From: Candidatus Saccharimonas aalborgensis | GTDB lineage: Bacteria; Patescibacteriota; Saccharimonadia; Saccharimonadales; Saccharimonadaceae | Direction: 5' to 3' | DNA length: 32,000 nucleotides | NCBI RefSeq assembly: GCF_000392435.1 | Contig: NC_021219.1 | Coordinates: forward strand, 420,001 to 452,000 | Shown here: positions 1-9,700 of the stretch, piece by piece | Position numbering within the stretch: position 1 is the stretch's first letter | How the letters are laid out: each line of letters opens with the position of its first letter | Made by a program: the position numbers and the translations under genes | Notes under the pieces: generated by a model | What the model was told of the DNA's origin: nothing | What the model saw: only the letters and a program-made list of their open reading frames with translations | The model's database searches: none

Positions 1-224
1 CCAGAGCACCATTTCATATTTACTACGAAGGCTCTGCCTTTAGCGTGAGTGCAAAAAACCGCGTTGGTCCCTTTGATATATTGCCCGGACACGCCGATTT
101 TTTTAGCATACTTGTCCCCTGTACGATCACCATTGATACGGGCACCGAGCAGCTTTCATTTGAGATCTATAGCGGCATGCTGACAGTTCGAAGCGACCAA
201 GTCCTCCTGTTCGTCAACATGTAG
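1..224 (+). CDS. 3' end of a CDS truncated by the window edge; resembles the N-terminal domain of F1 ATP synthase epsilon subunit
   Basis: Frame with codons at 3,6,... is open to TAG at 222-224 and reads ...NRVGPFDILPGHADFFSILVPCTITIDTGTEQLSFEIYSGMLTVRSDQVLLFVNM*. 'GPFDILPGHA' resembles the ATP-synt_DE_N motif. It is absent from the ORF track because the start lies outside the window. Confidence 0.5.
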   Translation, partial: RAPFHIYYEGSAFSVSAKNRVGPFDILPGHADFFSILVPCTITIDTGTEQLSFEIYSGMLTVRSDQVLLFVNM

Positions 225-225
225 G

Positions 226-1239
226 CTACTGTGTCACGACGTAATCAAAGGCAAACCCGCCCGGAGGCAAGGCTTCTGCCGTGCTAATCGAAAAACCGTT
301 TGAGGTACGGTTGATATAAAACCCATTGACCGCACGACCAACTGGGCTCACTACAACGTGAGGGGTGGTGGCATATTTAGTTTGAAAGCTAAGATTCACC
401 AGCGTTCCCCCGCCTGCATTTATCCCGGTGTTGATCGCAATAGTACCAGAGGTGTCATTGCCGCTAATCGAGACTGTCCCGTTACTGCCCGCCCCTGCCC
501 CTGCACTCACCGACGGTGCTGCTCCGGTGGTTATCAAGTGTCCAGCAACGGTCAGCGTATTGACCTGAAAGTTGCGCACCGATAGCGCCCCACCGATAGC
601 CAAACTGCCGACCACATTTACGTTATTGTTGACCGTTACCAACTGGTCGACAGTCAACTGGCCCTGAATCCGGGTTGTGCCGGCAACAGCGAGCTCCTTT
701 TGTAATTTGAGTGAGATCATGGTGCCGTCACCATTGACGCTCAGCTGTGAGGCAGCTACCGTACCGGCCTGAATCTTCGATAGGTTGGCCGCCGATGCCG
801 TCAGCGTATTGTTTAAGTTGAGCTGCCCTGACATACTGACATCACCCGCCACAGCAACCTTGCCATTGAACTTGGTATTTGGTCCGATCGTCAGGATGGT
901 CTCTGCACCACCACTTGGATTACGATCGACACCAAGTTTATTCAGCGCGTCCAGATTTACCGTGACGTTTTGCTGTGCCGCAGATACTGCATCAGCTTGA
1001 CCTTTCATCAGAAAGGCGATAACGACCGCATTCAAGATCAAGATAACCGCCACGACAGTGAGGCCGATGAAGGTTGCTTTGTGACTTGGCCGATACATAC
1101 TCCGACGCGGCGCAGGATCGGTACTAACCGCAGGTGCAGCCGATACCTGTGTATCGACGGTTGCATCAAGAGAGGAAGTCTGAACGGTCAAAACTTCGGG
1201 GCGCGGCGCGCTCGTTCCCTCTTTTTGGTCTTCGGTCAT
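226..1239 (-). CDS. Membrane-anchored extracellular protein (cytoplasmic N-term, one TM, repetitive beta-rich ectodomain)
   Basis: 337-aa ORF; TM 'ATFIGLTVVAVILILNAVVIAFLM' after ~50 polar residues; repeated 'LTVNG/VAGDV' style repeats; C-terminal 'GFYINRTSNGFSISTAEALPPGGFAFDYVV'. Confidence 0.7.
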   Translation of the reverse strand: MTEDQKEGTSAPRPEVLTVQTSSLDATVDTQVSAAPAVSTDPAPRRSMYRPSHKATFIGLTVVAVILILNAVVIAFLMKGQADAVSAAQQNVTVNLDALNKLGVDRNPSGGAETILTIGPNTKFNGKVAVAGDVSMSGQLNLNNTLTASAANLSKIQAGTVAASQLSVNGDGTMISLKLQKELAVAGTTRIQGQLTVDQLVTVNNNVNVVGSLAIGGALSVRNFQVNTLTVAGHLITTGAAPSVSAGAGAGSNGTVSISGNDTSGTIAINTGINAGGGTLVNLSFQTKYATTPHVVVSPVGRAVNGFYINRTSNGFSISTAEALPPGGFAFDYVVTQ

Positions 1240-1350
1240 CAGGAGTCCCCTAGTATCATTATCTCTGTTTTTCCACCATTATCTATCCACCAGTATAGCC
1301 TTTTCAGGAGTAACTTGCAAAATACTCATGCTTCAGAAACAATAGACACT

Positions 1351-2094
1351 ATGGTAGGACGAATTAACGGCTACGGAGTGTTGGGGCTAGTTGTTGGCTG
1401 TGTGCTTCTTTGTTCTAACTATGTCTCCGCTGAGACACTACAGTCGAACAATTATCGCTTCGATGAATCAACACTCGGAGCAGGCGGACTCAACCAGTCG
1501 ACCTCAAATAGCTACGCCGGCTCGGGTGCCTACGGTGATATTGGTGTAGGAGAGTCTGCATCCAACAATTATCAGATACGAGTCGGAACACCGACGACTC
1601 CTGATCCTACCCTTACTATCGAACTACTCTCGACAAATGCTAACTTTGGCGTTCTCTCGCCTACCAGTGCTGCAACAGCGACAGCGTCATTTTCGGTGAT
1701 TAACTACACAAGCTATGGTTACGCGGTACAGCTGACTGGCAGTGCGCCGACAAATGGCGCTCACTCGATAAGCGCGATGGGTACCACGACTGTTTCACAG
1801 CCTGGCATTGAGCAGTTTGGTGTCAATCTTGTTGCCAATACCTCTCCCGTATCTTTCGGTGCAAACCCAGATAATGGCCAGTTCGGCTACGGTCAAGTTG
1901 GTACGGGAGCCGGTGATACCACGTACTCTACCCCTAATCAATTTCACTACGCCAGTGGTGATATCATCGCCAGTGCCCCCAAAAGTTCTGGCAAAACTAT
2001 CTATACCCTGAGCTACTTACTGAACGTTGCTGGTATTACGCCAGGTGGCCAGTACGCCAGCAACCAGACAATTATCGTCACCGGAACCTACTAA
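1351..2094 (+). CDS. Exported small beta-rich surface protein, paralog 1 of 3
   Basis: ORF 970..2094 trimmed to the ATG before signal peptide MVGRINGYGVLGLVVGCVLLCSNYVSAE. C-terminal domain shared with the next two genes (IEQFGVNLVANT..., YTLSYLLNVAGITPGGQYASNQTIIVTGTY). TTG 1315 after AGGAG is an alternative start. Confidence 0.7.
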   Translation: MVGRINGYGVLGLVVGCVLLCSNYVSAETLQSNNYRFDESTLGAGGLNQSTSNSYAGSGAYGDIGVGESASNNYQIRVGTPTTPDPTLTIELLSTNANFGVLSPTSAATATASFSVINYTSYGYAVQLTGSAPTNGAHSISAMGTTTVSQPGIEQFGVNLVANTSPVSFGANPDNGQFGYGQVGTGAGDTTYSTPNQFHYASGDIIASAPKSSGKTIYTLSYLLNVAGITPGGQYASNQTIIVTGTY

Positions 2095-2110
2095 AAGTCC
2101 TAAAAAGTTG

Positions 2111-2139
2111 TTGACATGCTATCTTGCTCATGCTATTAT
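2111..2139 (+). promoter_or_regulatory. Sigma70-type promoter TTGACA-N17-TATTAT
   Basis: TTGACA at 2111-2116, 17-nt spacer, TATTAT at 2134-2139; 40 nt upstream of ATG 2179. Confidence 0.75.
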
Positions 2140-2178
2140 CTCTTGTAGAAACCACCATAAAACAAAAAAATCACCACA

Positions 2179-3348
2179 ATGAAAAAACAACTCACCACCA
2201 CACTACCACGCGCCTTAGGCGTGTTTATGCTTGTCGCGGCTTTTGTCGTACAAGCAGCTTTCCTACCAACTAACTCTGCCTACGCTTCGCAGATTACGAC
2301 GCGTACACTCACATTACTTGCTGGGGATAACAACACCCTCGGCATCAACGGTGGTTCTTTGCCTGGTCGCCTTGTACGCCATAAGTTCACCTTTACGCTA
2401 CCTACTGCGGCGAGCATCGGTGCGGTCCAATTCCAATACTGTACCACCGCCGCTGACGTTGGTGCAGCCACGTGCGTCCCTCCTACAGGACTCGACACGA
2501 CGACCGGTACTCTCGACGGAGCGACCGTCGGACTGACCGGACTCACTGTCGTACATGATTCGGCAAACGTCTTTCACGTTACCCGTGCACCAGGGGCGAC
2601 GCAGGCCCTCGCGGCAAACACTGCTGTCACCATTCAGCTCAATAACATCACTAACCCTACTGACATCAACAAAACCTTCTTTGTGCGTATTGCTAGCTTT
2701 GGCACCTTCGACGCAACTGGCGCGTCAACCGACAAGGGAACTGTGGCCGCCAGTACGACAAATGCCATCGATCTATCTGGAGTTATGCCCGAATCACTCG
2801 TCTTTTGTACGGGCAAGACAATTGGTCTCACCGCCGGTGTGCCGGATTGTACCACGGCCGATCTCAACGCAATTACCTTTAACCAGCTCTTTTCTCCTGT
2901 CGATACTGCCTCTGCAACATCACAGATGGCAGCCAGTACAAACGCAGGTTCTGGGTACAGTATTACTGTCAATGGCCCGACTCTAACCAGCGGTAGCAAC
3001 ACTATCCTCCCTATGAATGTGGCTGCTACTAGTACGCACGGAGTCAGCCAATTTGGTCTCAACCTACGTGCCAACACGACAACAACCCCTGGTCTTCCAT
3101 TTGGAACCGATGTCGCTCCAGTGTCCAATACAACCAACTACCGAGCAAAACCACTTGCGGGCTACGATACTGCAGAAACCTTCAAATACATTGATGGCGA
3201 CCCGGTTGCCGACAGTTCCGACGGCGGCACCCTTGGTGCCACCGATGCCCAAATTTACACCGTCAGTTACATCGCGAACGTGCCAGGTAGCCAGCCCGCC
3301 GGAACCTACTCTACTACCCTTACCTATATTTGTACTCCGACCTACTAG
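2179..3348 (+). CDS. Exported small beta-rich surface protein, paralog 2 of 3
   Basis: 389 aa; signal peptide MKKQLTTTLPRALGVFMLVAAFVVQAAFLPTNSAYAS; shares 'GVMPESLVFCTG', 'FNQLFSPVDTASATSQMAASTNAGSGYSITVNGPTLTSGSNTI' and the terminal YTVSYI..GTYSTTLTYICT.TY with the next gene. Confidence 0.8.
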   Translation: MKKQLTTTLPRALGVFMLVAAFVVQAAFLPTNSAYASQITTRTLTLLAGDNNTLGINGGSLPGRLVRHKFTFTLPTAASIGAVQFQYCTTAADVGAATCVPPTGLDTTTGTLDGATVGLTGLTVVHDSANVFHVTRAPGATQALAANTAVTIQLNNITNPTDINKTFFVRIASFGTFDATGASTDKGTVAASTTNAIDLSGVMPESLVFCTGKTIGLTAGVPDCTTADLNAITFNQLFSPVDTASATSQMAASTNAGSGYSITVNGPTLTSGSNTILPMNVAATSTHGVSQFGLNLRANTTTTPGLPFGTDVAPVSNTTNYRAKPLAGYDTAETFKYIDGDPVADSSDGGTLGATDAQIYTVSYIANVPGSQPAGTYSTTLTYICTPTY

Positions 3349-3363
3349 TCCACCACGTGGCAG

Positions 3364-3405
3364 CTAGCCCATACCGCGCTACGGTGATTTGCGCGGTATT
3401 GCTAG
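3364..3405. repeat. Strong imperfect inverted repeat (14 paired bp, 11-nt loop) between paralogs 2 and 3
   Basis: CTAGC-CC-ATACCGCGC / GCGCGGTAT-T-GCTAG around loop tacggtgattt. No T-tract follows on +. Confidence 0.6.
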
Positions 3406-3425
3406 TTATCCACACGCCGTTAGTG

Positions 3426-3455
3426 TTGACCACTTGTTTACGCTTATGATACAGT
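3426..3455 (+). promoter_or_regulatory. Extended -10 promoter (TTGACC-N18, TGA-TACAGT) for the 3463 CDS
   Basis: TTGACC 3426-3431; TGATACAGT 3447-3455; predicted TSS ~3462, one base before ATG. Confidence 0.5.
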
Positions 3456-3462
3456 ATTTCAT

Positions 3463-4563
3463 ATGAGAAGTGTGAGGGGAAAACTTTATCTTTTGTGTGC
3501 ACTCTTGGTGTTCGCAAGTATTGCTTCTGTCTACCGGGCGCCGACTGCTAATGCCGCTCAGATTACCGTCCGCAGTCTTCAGCTTATAGGGGTAGGTACT
3601 ACCGGTGGATCACTTGCTGGTGGCACTGTTAACCACAAGTTTGCATTCACCATCCCCGGTGGTAACACTGTTGGTTCAATTAAGTTTGAATATTGTACGG
3701 TTGCGCAAGTCACAGCCTGTGTCATGCCCACCGGCCTCGTTACCACAGGAGCAACCTACGGTGGTGAAACAGGTGTGACTGGGTTTTCACTAGTGAATAC
3801 CACCAACGGTGCCCCGTATATTACCCGTACTGCTGCTGCCGTGGGAACGAACGTCGCCGCTACGTATACCCTCAATAGTGTTGTCAACCCTACCGCTGTT
3901 AATACAACGTTTTTTGTCCGTATTTCTACCTACACCTCAACCAATGCAACCGGTTCACCGCTCGATACTGGTAGTGTTGCGGCCAGCACAGCAAACCCCA
4001 TCGTTCTCCAGGGCGTGATGCCTGAGAGTCTTGTCTTTTGCACGGGTGCGACCGTCACTGTCGACTGTGTCACTGTTACCAACCCCACGATCAATTTCAA
4101 CCAGCTCTTTAGCCCAACTGATACCGCTACCGCCACGTCGCAAATGGCGGCCAGCACAAATGCCACCACTGGCTACTCGATCACTGTCAACGGTCCAACC
4201 CTCACCTCTGGGTCAAACACGATACCTGGTATGACTACAGCTGCTGGAATAACAAGAGGAAAAAGTGAGTTTGGTATGAACCTTAAACTCAACACTACCG
4301 CAACTTCAACAGTAGCCGTTGGTGCTGAGGTTACTCCTACTCCTGATGGGACAGATCTGCGTGGCCAGGCACAGACTGGCTACAACACCGTTGATCAGTT
4401 CAAATTTGTCACCGGGGAAACGGTTGCAGCGAGTAACAACGGTGGCGCCGGTCCAACAAATGCCCAGCTATACACCGTTTCATACATTGTCGATGTCGCT
4501 GGTAACCAGCTATCGGGCACTTATACCACCACATTAACCTATATTTGTACCGCTACTTACTAA
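3463..4563 (+). CDS. Exported small beta-rich surface protein, paralog 3 of 3
   Basis: 366 aa; signal peptide MRSVRGKLYLLCALLVFASIASVYRAPTANAA; clear alignment to the preceding protein. Confidence 0.8.
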   Translation: MRSVRGKLYLLCALLVFASIASVYRAPTANAAQITVRSLQLIGVGTTGGSLAGGTVNHKFAFTIPGGNTVGSIKFEYCTVAQVTACVMPTGLVTTGATYGGETGVTGFSLVNTTNGAPYITRTAAAVGTNVAATYTLNSVVNPTAVNTTFFVRISTYTSTNATGSPLDTGSVAASTANPIVLQGVMPESLVFCTGATVTVDCVTVTNPTINFNQLFSPTDTATATSQMAASTNATTGYSITVNGPTLTSGSNTIPGMTTAAGITRGKSEFGMNLKLNTTATSTVAVGAEVTPTPDGTDLRGQAQTGYNTVDQFKFVTGETVAASNNGGAGPTNAQLYTVSYIVDVAGNQLSGTYTTTLTYICTATY

Positions 4564-4567
4564 GCTT

Positions 4568-5566
4568 ATGAAACGATTTCTTGCCATCACACTCACCGTC
4601 ATCTGCCTCGTCGTTGCCACAGCGTTCTTTGTATTGCCACGCACCGCAAACGCCGCTCCCAATGATGGTGGTCAGGCGCTGGAAATCGCACCGCCAGTTC
4701 TTAATCTCACGGCAAATCCAGGTGATGTCATCAATGCACAGATTGCCATCAGGGACGTCTCGCCACTTCCACTGATTGTTTCGAGCCAGGTAAACGATTT
4801 TATAGCTGATCCGAATAGTGAGAACGGAAATCCGAAAACACTTGTCGATACTACTGAAAAAAGTCCTTACTCGATTATCGACTGGGTGTCACCGCTTCCC
4901 CAAATGACACTAAAGTCAAAGCAAATCGAAAACCTCCCCATCAAGATAACGGTACCAAAAAACGCAGCTCCTGGAGGCTACTACGGTACGATCCGATTTA
5001 CCGTCAGCCCACCAGATATGAAAGAAACTGGAGTATCGCTAAGTGCGAGTTTAGGGGCGCTCATCATGATCCGCGTCAACGGCGATGCAAATGAGAAACT
5101 GTCGCTCCAAGAGTTTTATGTTAGTAAGACTGGTGAAAAAGGCTCAATATTTGACTCTGTCCCTCTACAATTTACTGAGCGAATCAAAAATGAGGGGAAT
5201 GTCTTTGAGCAACCACGAGGCAATATCATCATCAAGGATATGTTCGGAAATATCACTGCAAATGTCAATGTCAATCTTGAGAATCGAAATGTGCTCCCCA
5301 ACTCAACCAGACGCTTTGAGCAGCCATTTGATGAGTCTGCCCTCGGGAACCGATTTATGTTCGGTTACTATACTGCAGAGTTAACTCTTAGCTACGGAAA
5401 GAACCAGACCCTCACCTCACGATTGTCATTTTGGATCATCCCGTGGAAACTCATCCTTGGTATACTCATCCTACTCGCTGTACTTATCTTTGTAGGACGT
5501 ATCATGATCAAACGATACAATGAACGCCTACTCGGCAAGTCACGTAGCCGCTCTCGACGACGCTAA
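4568..5566 (+). CDS. DUF916/WxL-interacting-protein-like surface protein with C-terminal membrane anchor
   Basis: Signal peptide; 'APPVLNLTANPGDVINAQIAIRDVSPLPLIV', 'APGGYYGTIRFTVSPP', late TM 'LILGILILLAVLIFV' then basic tail RSRSRRR. Starts 4 nt after the previous stop. Confidence 0.7.
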   Translation: MKRFLAITLTVICLVVATAFFVLPRTANAAPNDGGQALEIAPPVLNLTANPGDVINAQIAIRDVSPLPLIVSSQVNDFIADPNSENGNPKTLVDTTEKSPYSIIDWVSPLPQMTLKSKQIENLPIKITVPKNAAPGGYYGTIRFTVSPPDMKETGVSLSASLGALIMIRVNGDANEKLSLQEFYVSKTGEKGSIFDSVPLQFTERIKNEGNVFEQPRGNIIIKDMFGNITANVNVNLENRNVLPNSTRRFEQPFDESALGNRFMFGYYTAELTLSYGKNQTLTSRLSFWIIPWKLILGILILLAVLIFVGRIMIKRYNERLLGKSRSRSRRR

Positions 5567-5590
5567 GCACTAGCGGTATGTATGAAATGA

Positions 5591-5599
5591 TGCTACAGT
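5591..5599 (+). promoter_or_regulatory. Extended -10 element TGC-TACAGT, leaderless arrangement
   Basis: TGCTACAGT at 5591-5599; predicted TSS coincides with A of ATG 5606. Confidence 0.4.
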
Positions 5600-5605
5600 A
5601 TAGCT

Positions 5606-6568
5606 ATGCCTGCATGGGTAAAGATTAGTGAACATAAACACACCGGTAAACTACGCTCCCACGAACACACCTCGTACGTGTTCTTAGGTATGTTGCTTTT
5701 TGTGGTAGGCTTTGCTCTCACTTCGTTTACGAGTTATGCCTACGTGGGACGCGGACCAGGCGCTGGTTCGGTTGGTATGAGTGGTGTCGTCGCGGGCAAA
5801 CCGCCGACATCGGCCGCACACATTACCTCGCCTACCGACGGACAGCATTTTAGTACGACACCGATCACCGTCAAGGGTACTTGTCCGACCGATAGTCTGG
5901 TAGAGATTTTCAAAAATGACATTTTCGCTGGTTCAACTCCCTGTACTACTGACGGCAGCTTTAGTCTGGAGTCAGACCTCTTGATCGGTGCAAATGTTGT
6001 GTATGCAAAGGTCTATGATGCTCTCAACCAAGCGGGGCCTGATTCAAATAAAATTACCGTCTGGTACGATGTACTCGGTATACAAGGTGGAATATTGACC
6101 TCACTCAACTTTGGCGGTAACCAGCTACTCATCAATACTGATGCAATTTTTCGAGGAACATTTCCCAATCAGGAAATGACAATGCCCATCGATATTATCG
6201 GAGGACGCGCACCATATGCAGTAAATATCCAGTGGGGAGATGGTACGAATAAGGTTGTTTCTCGCACCGACAATCAAACATTTCGGGTTGGTCACGTATA
6301 CGAAAAGGCTGGTACCTATCAGCTTTCACTTCAGGCCACCGATGCCGACGGCCGTGTCGCATTTTTGACGGTCGCTTCAATCGTAAACGGTCAGCCTCCT
6401 GTCGCCGAAACCACGACACCCTCAAAATCTGTGACAGATAACCTGTTATTATTGTGGCCGCTGTACGCCGCTACCTTTGCTGTTGTCATCAGTTTTTGGA
6501 TCGGTGAATGGCGAGAAAAAAGGATGCTCGCCAAGCACCATTTGCTGATTCTTGATCAAAACGTCTAG
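5606..6568 (+). CDS. Membrane protein with Ig-like and PKD-like extracellular domains
   Basis: N-terminal TM; 'ITSPTDGQHFSTTPITVKGTCPTDSLVEIFKNDIFAGSTPCTTDGSFSLESDL'; PKD-like 'YAVNIQWGDGTNKVV...FRVGHVYEKAGTYQLSLQATDADGRVAF'; C-terminal TM. Confidence 0.75.
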   Translation: MPAWVKISEHKHTGKLRSHEHTSYVFLGMLLFVVGFALTSFTSYAYVGRGPGAGSVGMSGVVAGKPPTSAAHITSPTDGQHFSTTPITVKGTCPTDSLVEIFKNDIFAGSTPCTTDGSFSLESDLLIGANVVYAKVYDALNQAGPDSNKITVWYDVLGIQGGILTSLNFGGNQLLINTDAIFRGTFPNQEMTMPIDIIGGRAPYAVNIQWGDGTNKVVSRTDNQTFRVGHVYEKAGTYQLSLQATDADGRVAFLTVASIVNGQPPVAETTTPSKSVTDNLLLLWPLYAATFAVVISFWIGEWREKRMLAKHHLLILDQNV

Positions 6569-6572
6569 CGTG

Positions 6573-6593
6573 ATAAATGCCTCTTGCATTTAT
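6573..6593. repeat. Perfect 8-bp hairpin just after stop codon 6568
   Basis: ATAAATGC-ctctt-GCATTTAT. A second small hairpin CATAGG/CCTATG lies at 6610-6630. No clear T-tract, so terminator status is uncertain. Confidence 0.4.
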
Positions 6594-6781
6594 TAGCATA
6601 AGCGTGTATCATAGGGTTGTAAAACCTATGTGTGAGACAAAAACGGCTTTACAGCACTAAAACAAAATAACAGCGTTTTCTAATAAAAAACCACCCAGCA
6701 CCTTCAAGGTACCTCTTTTGCTTTGATGGCGTATTCTCACTAGGCTACAAAAACAAAAGTCCACCAGGTCAAAAAACAAAC

Positions 6782-9700
6782 ATGCCAGTAACTATCTTTC
6801 GTGCGTTAAGCCGATCACTATTGGGCGCCCTTTTTGTGGGCGTGTTTGTCGTATCTGGAATTATAGGAGTGGCACCTCAGACAGCGCATGCCGCAACCGG
6901 TATTAACCAACAAATGAACTTTCAAGGCCGACTGCTCAACGCTCAGGGTGCAGTAGTCCCTGACGGCTACTACAATATCCAGTTCAAGATCTACCAGGAT
7001 GGTACCGGTACCACCGCAGGAAACCCTGGTGGAACCCTCAAGTGGACAGAGGATTGGCTCAACACCGCTGGAAACGGTGTCCAGGTCAAAAATGGCTTTA
7101 TGTCAGTACAGCTTGGAACAATCAACCCCTTTGGTAGTCAAGTCGACTGGAACCAAGACACGCTGTGGCTGAGCGTGAATATCGGCACTACCAACACTAC
7201 CTGTACGCCATTTAGCTCCTGTGGTGGCGATGGAGAAATGGTACCAATGAAGCGTCTTGCATCTGTTGCCTACGCGATGAATGCCGGCTCGCTCGGCGGC
7301 CTAACAGCGAGCGGATTTATCCAAAATACCACAGTACCTCAATCGGCTAATATCGCTGTGCAAAGCGCAAGTGCAAGCAGTGTAGGTGCAATGGTACAAG
7401 GTGCATCATCTCAATCCGTAGACCTCTTTCGGCTCCAAGATAGTAACGGTAACGTCAATGCCGCCTTCAATAACAACGGTGATCAGCTCACGCTCGGCAG
7501 AATTAGTACTACCGGCACCGTCACGCAAGGAAAACTAGTATTTAATGATGGGACGCTTGATGGCTATGGGCTCACAATTCAGTCTGGCACGCAGACGGGC
7601 AACTATACCCTGACCCTCCCGAGTCTGGCTGGTAATGCAACGGTATGTACGAGTAATTCAACTGCCACCTCTGCCTGTACAAACTTTATCCAAAACCAGA
7701 CGACGCTACAGGCCGCCTCAAACTTTCACATCTCTGGCACTGGTCAGGCCGATACCGCTATCATCACACCAGCTATTCGACCAACAAGTGACTCCACCAC
7801 AGCCCTTAAAGTACAAAATGCTGCTGGTACCACAGACATCATGACAATAGACTCGACAAATAACCGTGTCGGTATAGCCTTAGCAAATGGCGAAACCGCA
7901 TCATATGACCTCAGTTTCGGCGGTGGAACTGATCGGATCATCGGAGTCAATACAAACACAAGTACAGGGGTAGGACGCTCCCTAACGTTACAAGGTGGTG
8001 GTGGTAACGGCACTAATCAAGCCGGTGGTGCGGTTAACATTATCGGTGGTGCACCAACAGGTTCAGGGGTGCGAGGTGCGGTTAACCTCCAAACAACCGT
8101 CAATGGTGATGTCAATATAGGAAATGCCGGGAGCGCTGCTAACACCGTCACACTGACTGCCGGTGCAACCAATGGTATTAAGCTTGTTTCGGACAAGATA
8201 ATGGTTGGTAATGCCACCACCACAACCACTATCCAAAAAACTACACAAACCACTGCCGGCCAAGCTGGGCAGCAGCTCACCATCCAGGGTGCTACCAGCG
8301 GTACAACTGGAGTGGGTGGTGCAGTGCTCATCCAGGGTGGTAATAGCGCAACTGGTACGACTGGCGGCAACCTCACTCTGGCCGGTGGAACCGGTACCAC
8401 ATCAAACGGTCTTGTTATACTCAATACGTCAGCCTTCCAGACGATCGCCAATGATGCCAACTGTTTCCCAAGTGGCACTGAATCAACCTCATCATCTGGG
8501 TGTACTGTCGCTCAGACATCCGTCAACAACTATGCTTCTGTCATCGTCGGGTTTACCCAAGATGGACAAACAGCAACCCTCCCAGATCCAAGTATTGCAA
8601 CTGCTGGACGCGTCGTTTACGTGACTGCATCAAATCTCACAAAGGACTTTACACTGAGTGTCAATGGTGGTGGCCAAGGCAATCAGATTGCAATGCGTAA
8701 GAATACAACCGCAACGATGATCTGGAATGGCGCTGATTGGACGGCTGCGGGTGCATCGAGCTCGACTACCCTCCAGGCTGCCTACGACAACACACTCCAG
8801 AGCGCCGGTGGCGCCGAACTCGTCGTCAGTAAAACCAGTGCGACCAATGGTCTGACCATTCGTGATAGCTCTACCAACCCTGTGAATGGTACGCTCCTCA
8901 GCGTCCAGACAAAAAGCGCGGCAGGCTTGCTCCAGGTCAACAGCAATGTCACTGAATATGCCAGCAATGCCGGTGCAGAGACTGCCGGTGCCAGTGCCAC
9001 AACCTTCCCGGCCAGCACTTGGAGTAGCACCGGTACTGCCACGGTCACCCGCCAAAATGTCGCCGGTAACTATATCGCCACTGGTCAAGGTTCTGTATCG
9101 ATTGCCGCAACCGCCGCTAACAGTGGTGCCAAAAACCAACTCATCAATAGCGGTGGTAGTGCCGCCGCCTTGACAGCCAACACTACCTACAACGTCAGCT
9201 TCACTACTCGTCTCACCAGCGGTTCAAGTACGTTTACTGACCTCAATGTGCAATATTCGGCTGATGGCAATACCACCCTCCTCACTGCTTGTGGTGCCAC
9301 CTCAGCTGTCAACACAAGTATCTGGACCAAGGTCAACTGTACCTTCACGACGCCCGCTAGTGGTATCACCAGCGGCAACGCGATCCTCATTCGCCAAACT
9401 GCCAGTGCCACCCGCACCTTCTACGTCGACAACCTCAGTGTCACGATTGCTGCCGATTACAACTTTGCCACCGACGGCAGTGTGACTGATGCTGGCAACT
9501 ACGCGACAAACTGGCCGACTGCCGGACAAGGTACAGTTGCGAGCTCACGTATTATCACTGACGGTAACGACGCCAGCGACAGCGCCCAAGCCAACGTGAC
9601 GGCCGGTGCAGCCAACGCCGGTATCCGTAATAAACTATCGTCAAATCCGCTCAGTTCAACGCTTTACCGCGTCACCGTCTATGGCAAGCTCATCTCTGGT

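Noticed and set aside
970-1350. N-terminal 127 residues of ORF 970..2094
   Set aside because: Overlaps the opposite-strand CDS 226..1239 and is not protein-like; a signal peptide begins at ATG 1351.
8017-8478. Minus-strand 153-aa ORF inside the 6782..10681 CDS
   Set aside because: Composition is the reverse-strand shadow of Gly/Thr repeats; no RBS or homology-like motif.
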